A stretch of DNA of 50,136 nucleotides from Acidobacteriota bacterium. GTDB taxonomy: Bacteria > Acidobacteriota > Vicinamibacteria > Vicinamibacterales > UBA2999. The translations under genes and the position numbers were made by a program. This document shows, piece by piece, positions 45,483 through 50,136 of the stretch. The stretch is taken from the NCBI GenBank assembly GCA_046765795.1, contig JBKPRH010000150.1:1-50136 (forward strand), in the 5' to 3' direction. Under the pieces are notes generated by a model, which had not been told where the DNA came from, searched no databases, and saw nothing but the letters and a program-made list of their open reading frames with translations. How positions within the stretch are numbered: the stretch's first letter is position 1; every line of letters begins with the position of its first letter.

Positions 45483-46783
45483 GCCGCCTCCAGCAGTTCA
45501 GAGGTAAGCCGTCGTTCCTCGCCGAGATATGACGCCTGGGCCAGCGCCTGATCGAGCAAGTCGCGAGGATGGCAGCCGCGGAGCGCGAGCTTGCGCGGAC
45601 GGTAATAGGTTTGAAGCAGCCCGTCGATGAGCGCCTCGTCGTACTCGATGCGCCGTTCGGCACAGCACTTGGCGAAGATTTCCTTGAAGTCAGCGATCGT
45701 CGGGCTTTCGCAGAACACCTTGTAGTGAATGCGTCGCAGGAAGGCTTCGTCAACGAGCTCCGACGGTCGGATGTTCGTGGCGAACACGACCAGCAGGAGG
45801 AAGGGCAGCTCGAACTTCTGTCCGTTGTTCAGAGTCAGGAAGTCGACGCGGCTCTCGAGCGGTACGATCCAACGATTCAAGAGCTCGCGCGCTGAACACC
45901 GCTGCCGGCCGAAGTCGTCGATCACGAGCACGCCGCCATTGGAGACGGCCTGAATCGGTGCCGTGTAGAAACCGGTCGTCTTCGAGTACGAGAGCTCGAG
46001 CGACTCCAGAGTCAATTCGCCACCGACCATCACGAGTGGGCGTTTGCAGCGCACCCATCGCCGATCGTGACCCGCGTCCCGCGCCAGGCTCAGCGTGTCT
46101 GTCCGTGTCGAAGACTCGAGTGGCTCGTGATTGACGGGATCGAAGAGGCGGATGATGTTGCCTTCGACTTCGAGCGCGTGGGGAACCGCCAGCTCGCCGT
46201 CGAGCAGACCGCGGATCGCTTGCGCAATCACGGTCTTGCCGTTGCCGGGAGGTCCATACACGAACATCGAGTGGGCGGCGCCGATCGCAGGACCCACTTG
46301 ATCGAGGACACGCTCACTCAAGACCAGATGCGAAAACGCGTCGCGCACGCGCGACCGGGTAATCGATCGCGGCACGGCATTGCGATACGCCTCGAGATAC
46401 GCGACGTACTGCGTCAGCGGCACCGGAGCGACGCCGACGTACTGATTGCCCTCGAGGAACAGCATCGCCCGCTGGCGTCCGCTATCGGTAATCCGATAGC
46501 GAAACGTCGGGCCGCCGATCCCACCGCCGCCGATGATTTCGCATTGATGCAGACGCTTGATGAAATCGAGTGCGGGATCGACGACGGAGAATTCGACGCC
46601 GAGGCGGCGGGCGATTTCGATGCCGGTCAGCTCGCCGGAGAAATGCAGTTGCTTGAGTACGAGTTGGACAAACAGGTCCAGGCTCAGTCCGGTCGCTTCC
46701 CGAGTGGTCGGGCTCGGTGGCAGGAGCGCCGCCGTGCGATCGGTAGCGTCCCGTGCGTCATCCGCCAGCACACGCGTCATCAT
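45431..46783 (-). CDS. AAA+ ATPase with an N-terminal winged-helix-like domain
   Basis: Walker A GPPGNGKT. Walker B GGVLVIDDFG. Sensor region VFATNIRPSELVDEAFLRRI. The N-terminal ELTGIEIARRLGV...FRYRITDSGRQ looks like a wHTH. ATGA overlap with the upstream TPR gene. Confidence 0.8.
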   Translation of the reverse strand: MMTRVLADDARDATDRTAALLPPSPTTREATGLSLDLFVQLVLKQLHFSGELTGIEIARRLGVEFSVVDPALDFIKRLHQCEIIGGGGIGGPTFRYRITDSGRQRAMLFLEGNQYVGVAPVPLTQYVAYLEAYRNAVPRSITRSRVRDAFSHLVLSERVLDQVGPAIGAAHSMFVYGPPGNGKTVIAQAIRGLLDGELAVPHALEVEGNIIRLFDPVNHEPLESSTRTDTLSLARDAGHDRRWVRCKRPLVMVGGELTLESLELSYSKTTGFYTAPIQAVSNGGVLVIDDFGRQRCSARELLNRWIVPLESRVDFLTLNNGQKFELPFLLLVVFATNIRPSELVDEAFLRRIHYKVFCESPTIADFKEIFAKCCAERRIEYDEALIDGLLQTYYRPRKLALRGCHPRDLLDQALAQASYLGEERRLTSELLEAACASYFVDDHEPAPVFV

Positions 46784-47697
46784 GGTTGGTTCCCTTCGTG
46801 CAGGTGGGCACGCACCTGCCGGGCAATCGCCTCGGCCTCACGAAATCGGGGTCGCTCGGCGCGCGCGACGTCGAACGACTGCAGCGCGTCGCGATACTCG
46901 CGTCGCGCCAGGTGGAGCAGACCTTTGTTATAGGCGGCTCGCGCCGCGTCGGTGGATGCGGCGAGCGTGGCGAGCGCGGAGGATAGATCGCCTGCGGCTT
47001 CGTAGGCGAGCGCAAGGTTGTTTCGAGCGGGCTCGAGCCCGGGCTGGAGTTGCAGCGCCTGACGGCACGCATCAGCAGCTTTTGAGGCGTTGCCTTCGAG
47101 TCTCCACGCGTAACACAGATTGCTCAGCGCGTACGCCGCGGTGACGTCGAGCGCGAGCGCCTGTTCGAACTGCGCTCTCGCGGCCGCGCGTTGACCGAGG
47201 GCCTGCAGCACAGTGCCGAGCGTGTTATGCACCGTGGGTGAGTCCGGCGCGTAGTAGAGGGCTCGATACGCATCCGACAGCGCAAGGTGCGGAAATCCCC
47301 AATCCCGCCAGATGCGGGCCAGCCCGTCCCACGAGGCGGCATCCGTCTGATCGAGTGCCACCGCCGCGCTGAAATGCTCGTGGGCCTGGTCGAGGACGCC
47401 GAGTTGGACATACCGTGCGGCCACAGTGCGATGGGCAACAGCGGTGGGCTGAATCTTTATCGCGGCGAGCGCTTCCGCGAGCGACGGATCGGATATCTCG
47501 ATCGTCGTCACGCGATTGACGGGTGGACGCGCTCGTTCCGACTTGGCGCGCACCTTGTCCATGTAGACGGTCAGCGAGTCGTCCGGCGGCCTTTGTGTAG
47601 GGGCCGCCGGAGCGGACTTGACCGAATGGGGCACGGTTCGGGTTGCACACCCGACCGTCCCTGCAACCAGGGCAAGGCACACGAAGAGCCGGTACAT
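46780..47697 (-). CDS. TPR-repeat lipoprotein (TadD-like position and architecture)
   Basis: MYRLFVCLALVAGTVGC lipobox-like signal. Several TPR units (AHEHFSAAVALDQTDAASWDGLARIW..., YYAPDSPTVHNTLGTVL...). AGGTG lies 5 nt upstream of ATG 47697. Confidence 0.7.
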   Translation of the reverse strand: MYRLFVCLALVAGTVGCATRTVPHSVKSAPAAPTQRPPDDSLTVYMDKVRAKSERARPPVNRVTTIEISDPSLAEALAAIKIQPTAVAHRTVAARYVQLGVLDQAHEHFSAAVALDQTDAASWDGLARIWRDWGFPHLALSDAYRALYYAPDSPTVHNTLGTVLQALGQRAAARAQFEQALALDVTAAYALSNLCYAWRLEGNASKAADACRQALQLQPGLEPARNNLALAYEAAGDLSSALATLAASTDAARAAYNKGLLHLARREYRDALQSFDVARAERPRFREAEAIARQVRAHLHEGNQP

Positions 47698-47725
47698 CAA
47701 ATCACCTGGGTCCTTTGGTGTGCGC

Positions 47726-47830
47726 CTAGTAGGTGTCGTTGCCTTCTTCGGCGCGGAGACGTGCTCGGCGCTTCAGAACGTAGAGCACAAGGCAAACGGC
47801 TCCGAGGGCGGCGAGAATGACCGTACTCAT
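47726..47830 (-). CDS. Candidate 34-aa single-pass membrane micro-protein (not in the ORF track)
   Basis: My own translation: MSTVILAALGAVCLVLYVLKRRARLRAEEGNDTY. ATGA overlap with the tadC stop. GGAGG lies 6 nt upstream, inside the last tadC codons. Confidence 0.5.
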   Translation of the reverse strand: MSTVILAALGAVCLVLYVLKRRARLRAEEGNDTY

Positions 47831-48756
47831 TTCTGTCCTCCAATTTGCATGTTGCTGAACACTTCGACCAACTTGATGACCCCAGGTCCAAGGGCGACGA
47901 CGAAAAATGCGGGAAGCAAGAGAAAGACGAGCGGAAAGATCAGCTTGACCGACAGCTTCGCCGCGCGCTCTTCGGCGCGTTGACGTCGCTTGACGCGCGA
48001 TTCTTCGGCGTGCGTGCGAAGCGCCTGGGCGACGCTGGTACCGAACCGATCGGTTTGCACGAGCATCGCGACGAGTGCGCGCACGTCGTCAACCTGCGTG
48101 CGTTTCGCAAAGTTCTTGAGCGCTTCCACACGCGGTTTCCCGGCCCGTGTTTCGGTGTTCACGAACTGCAGTTCCTCGGAGAGCGCCGGGTAGGCGATCA
48201 CGAGTTCTTCGGAGCACTTGAGGATCGCCTGGTCCAGAGCCAGCCCGGCTTCCAGGCTGACGATCAGCAGATCGAGTGCGTCGGGCAGACCGTTTTGAAT
48301 CTGCTTCTTGCGCTGACGGATACGTCTTGCCACGATGTACCCGGGAATCACGTAGCCGAAGATGGCGCCGGCGAGGCCAAAGAGCCATCCCGTGCGGAAT
48401 CCCATCACGAAGAACACGATGACGAAGCCGCCGACCGCACCAATCACTTCCGCGAGGGAGTAGATCAGGACGGGCGTGAAGCCGTGGAATCCGGCGGTGG
48501 CGAGCCGTCGTCGCAGCCGCCCCATTTCCTTCGGCGACTTCGGGATATACGACGCGATCTTTTGTTGCTCGGGCGTCGGCATTTCCGAGAGCCGCTGGCC
48601 GCCGTCCACGAACACGCCGGTGCGCGACTGGCCGTCGGTGGCAAGCAGGCGACGCCGGCCGGGGGCCTGGCGCGCGAGCAGGGCATTGGTCGCCGTGCCG
48701 GCGATTAACGCCAGTGATGCAAACAGCGCGAGTAGCGCAATGGTGAGTTCCGACAT
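47827..48756 (-). CDS. tadC: Tad/Flp pilus assembly inner-membrane protein TadC (T2SS-F domain)
   Basis: N-terminal TM, then a T2SSF-type helical domain (LPDALDLLIVSLEAGLALDQAI...) and C-terminal TM pair. Position is directly after tadB. Confidence 0.85.
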   Translation of the reverse strand: MSELTIALLALFASLALIAGTATNALLARQAPGRRRLLATDGQSRTGVFVDGGQRLSEMPTPEQQKIASYIPKSPKEMGRLRRRLATAGFHGFTPVLIYSLAEVIGAVGGFVIVFFVMGFRTGWLFGLAGAIFGYVIPGYIVARRIRQRKKQIQNGLPDALDLLIVSLEAGLALDQAILKCSEELVIAYPALSEELQFVNTETRAGKPRVEALKNFAKRTQVDDVRALVAMLVQTDRFGTSVAQALRTHAEESRVKRRQRAEERAAKLSVKLIFPLVFLLLPAFFVVALGPGVIKLVEVFSNMQIGGQK

Positions 48757-48757
48757 C

Positions 48758-49720
48758 TCAGTACTCGAGCTTGACCATCTTGCGGATGATCAGTGACCCA
48801 CTCACTTGCATGATGATCGCGGCGTAGATCATGCGCATCCCGAGTGGTGACCCCGTCAGCGTCTTGACGTGATCGGGGTTGAGCAGGAACAACATGAACG
48901 CCAGTGTCGGAGGCACGCCGACGAGCACGAAGCCGGTCATGCGCGCATGCGCCGAGATGACGCGAATCTGACGCTTGACCCGGAACCGGTCGCGGATGAC
49001 TGTTGCGATGTTGTCGAGAATCTCTGACAGGTTACCGCCCGATTCGCGCTGGATCATCACGGCGGTAACGAAGAAACGCGCATCGAGCAGCCACACGCGC
49101 CGCGCGAATTCCTTCAAGGCGTCAGGCAGCGGCATACCGTAGTTCTGCTGGTCGTAGAGCAGCTTGAACTCCGGTCCGATCGGTGCCGGCATTTCCTCCG
49201 CCACCATCGCCAGTCCGGTGGTGAACGTATGGCCAGCTTTGAGCGCGCGCGAGATGAGCGCCAGTGCCTCGGGGAACTGCTCTTCGAATTTCAGCATCCG
49301 TCTCGTGCGCATAAACCGCAGGATGCTCGTCGGGATTGTCGCAGTGAGCGCCCCAGCCCCAAGTCCCAGCCAGAAGAGCCCCGTGAGTTGATTGATGATG
49401 TACAACGTGGCCAGCCCGCACGTCGCCGACAACAGCAGGAACGTGGAGACCGTCATTCGGTTGCCCGATTGTTCGATCAGGAGTTCGATCGGCTTGAGCG
49501 CCTTTTCCCCGCGTCGGAGAGTGGCGTCGAGTGACGGCAGCGAGCTGAGCTGCTGCGCCTGTTTCAACAGCTTCGAACGCACTTCCCGCGACGGTGCCTT
49601 GACCTTCAACCGCCGCCAGAACGCTCGTTCGGCGTGAGCCTCTGGCCGGACGACGAACAGCCAGTACACACCGAGAATGCCGGTCAGGAGGACGACGAAC
49701 GAGACGACCACGATCCCCAT
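48758..49720 (-). CDS. tadB: Tad/Flp pilus assembly inner-membrane protein TadB (T2SS-F domain)
   Basis: Start set at [22 protein letters not shown] (49720, 1-nt overlap with the cpaF stop). FPEALALISRALKAGHTF T2SSF motif. Confidence 0.85.
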   Translation of the reverse strand: MGIVVVSFVVLLTGILGVYWLFVVRPEAHAERAFWRRLKVKAPSREVRSKLLKQAQQLSSLPSLDATLRRGEKALKPIELLIEQSGNRMTVSTFLLLSATCGLATLYIINQLTGLFWLGLGAGALTATIPTSILRFMRTRRMLKFEEQFPEALALISRALKAGHTFTTGLAMVAEEMPAPIGPEFKLLYDQQNYGMPLPDALKEFARRVWLLDARFFVTAVMIQRESGGNLSEILDNIATVIRDRFRVKRQIRVISAHARMTGFVLVGVPPTLAFMLFLLNPDHVKTLTGSPLGMRMIYAAIIMQVSGSLIIRKMVKLEY

Positions 49721-50136
49721 CAGAATCTCCGTTCGTGACGTACCTGGTTGACGGGATGCGCGTGTGAAAACATGTCCATCGGCAGTTGCCGGCCGGTCGC
49801 TGCGATACGGTCGGCGCACTTCGGCCGGACGCCCGTCGCGCGGAAGCCGCCGACCACTTTCCCAGCCTCGTTGATCCCGCTCTGGTGGAACTGGAAGATC
49901 TCCTGCATGGCGATCACGTCCTGCTCCATGCCCGTGATTTCGGAGATCGACGTCACGCGACGGCTGCCGTCGGTGAGACGTGTCACCTGAATCACGAGGT
50001 TCACCGCCGAGGCGACCTGCTGCCGCACGGCGCGGTCAGGAATGTTCAGATTGGCCATGGCGATCATCGTGTCGAGGCGATACAACGCGTCGCGTGGGCT
50101 GTTCGCGTGGATGGTCGTCAACGACCCGTCGTGGCC
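49720..50136 (-). CDS. cpaF: CpaF/TadA secretion ATPase, C-terminal part (gene continues beyond the window)
   Basis: [24 protein letters not shown]...[25 protein letters not shown] is typical of the VirB11/CpaF C-terminal domain. Confidence 0.9.
   Translation of the reverse strand, partial: GHDGSLTTIHANSPRDALYRLDTMIAMANLNIPDRAVRQQVASAVNLVIQVTRLTDGSRRVTSISEITGMEQDVIAMQEIFQFHQSGINEAGKVVGGFRATGVRPKCADRIAATGRQLPMDMFSHAHPVNQVRHERRF

Overview
High-GC bacterial chromosome segment, probably Acidobacteriota. That guess rests on a tandem 'VWFA-related acidobacterial' type protein, G/T-rich and hairpin repeat families, and many long spurious antisense ORFs. Most of the window is densely packed and syntenic.

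Gene content in order:
- 0.4-5.1 kb: MFS transporter, hflX, a TPR/SLH lipoprotein and pgsA.
- 5.1-18.4 kb: a glycan-assembly locus with UDP-xylose synthase, a polyprenyl-phosphate sugar transferase, five glycosyltransferases, an embedded zinc-ribbon/trypsin-like protease, ugd, galE and an MsbA/PglK-type ABC exporter.
- 18.4-27.7 kb: a housekeeping block of yicC-gmk-rpoZ-coaBC, family-4 UDG, priA, an M50 protease, an HU/IHF gene, der and a MerR-like gene.
- 27.7 kb: tRNA-Pro(GGG), followed by a slightly lower-GC stretch of orphan genes (27.8-29.3 kb).
- 29.3-32.7 kb: a Ser/Thr kinase translationally coupled to a secreted coiled-coil protein.
- 32.7-43.5 kb: envelope-related genes, namely a beta-lactamase-fold hydrolase, an HExxH mini-protein plus SPFH protein, an MBL lipoprotein, a small OMP barrel, a lipoprotein, a polytopic membrane protein, a TonB-C-domain protein and an ICMT-family methyltransferase.
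- 43.5-50.1 kb: the distal part of a Tad/Flp pilus operon, running off the window end: cpaF(partial)-tadB-tadC, an unlisted 34-aa ORF, a TPR lipoprotein, a wHTH-AAA+ ATPase and a secreted double-VWA protein.

The best candidate for something undescribed is this AAA+/tandem-VWA module, which is fused by overlapping stops and starts to the Tad operon where tadE/F/G normally sit. I saw no CRISPR array, integrase, transposase, reverse transcriptase or obvious toxin-antitoxin pair. All functional calls come from reading motifs by eye; no database search was possible.
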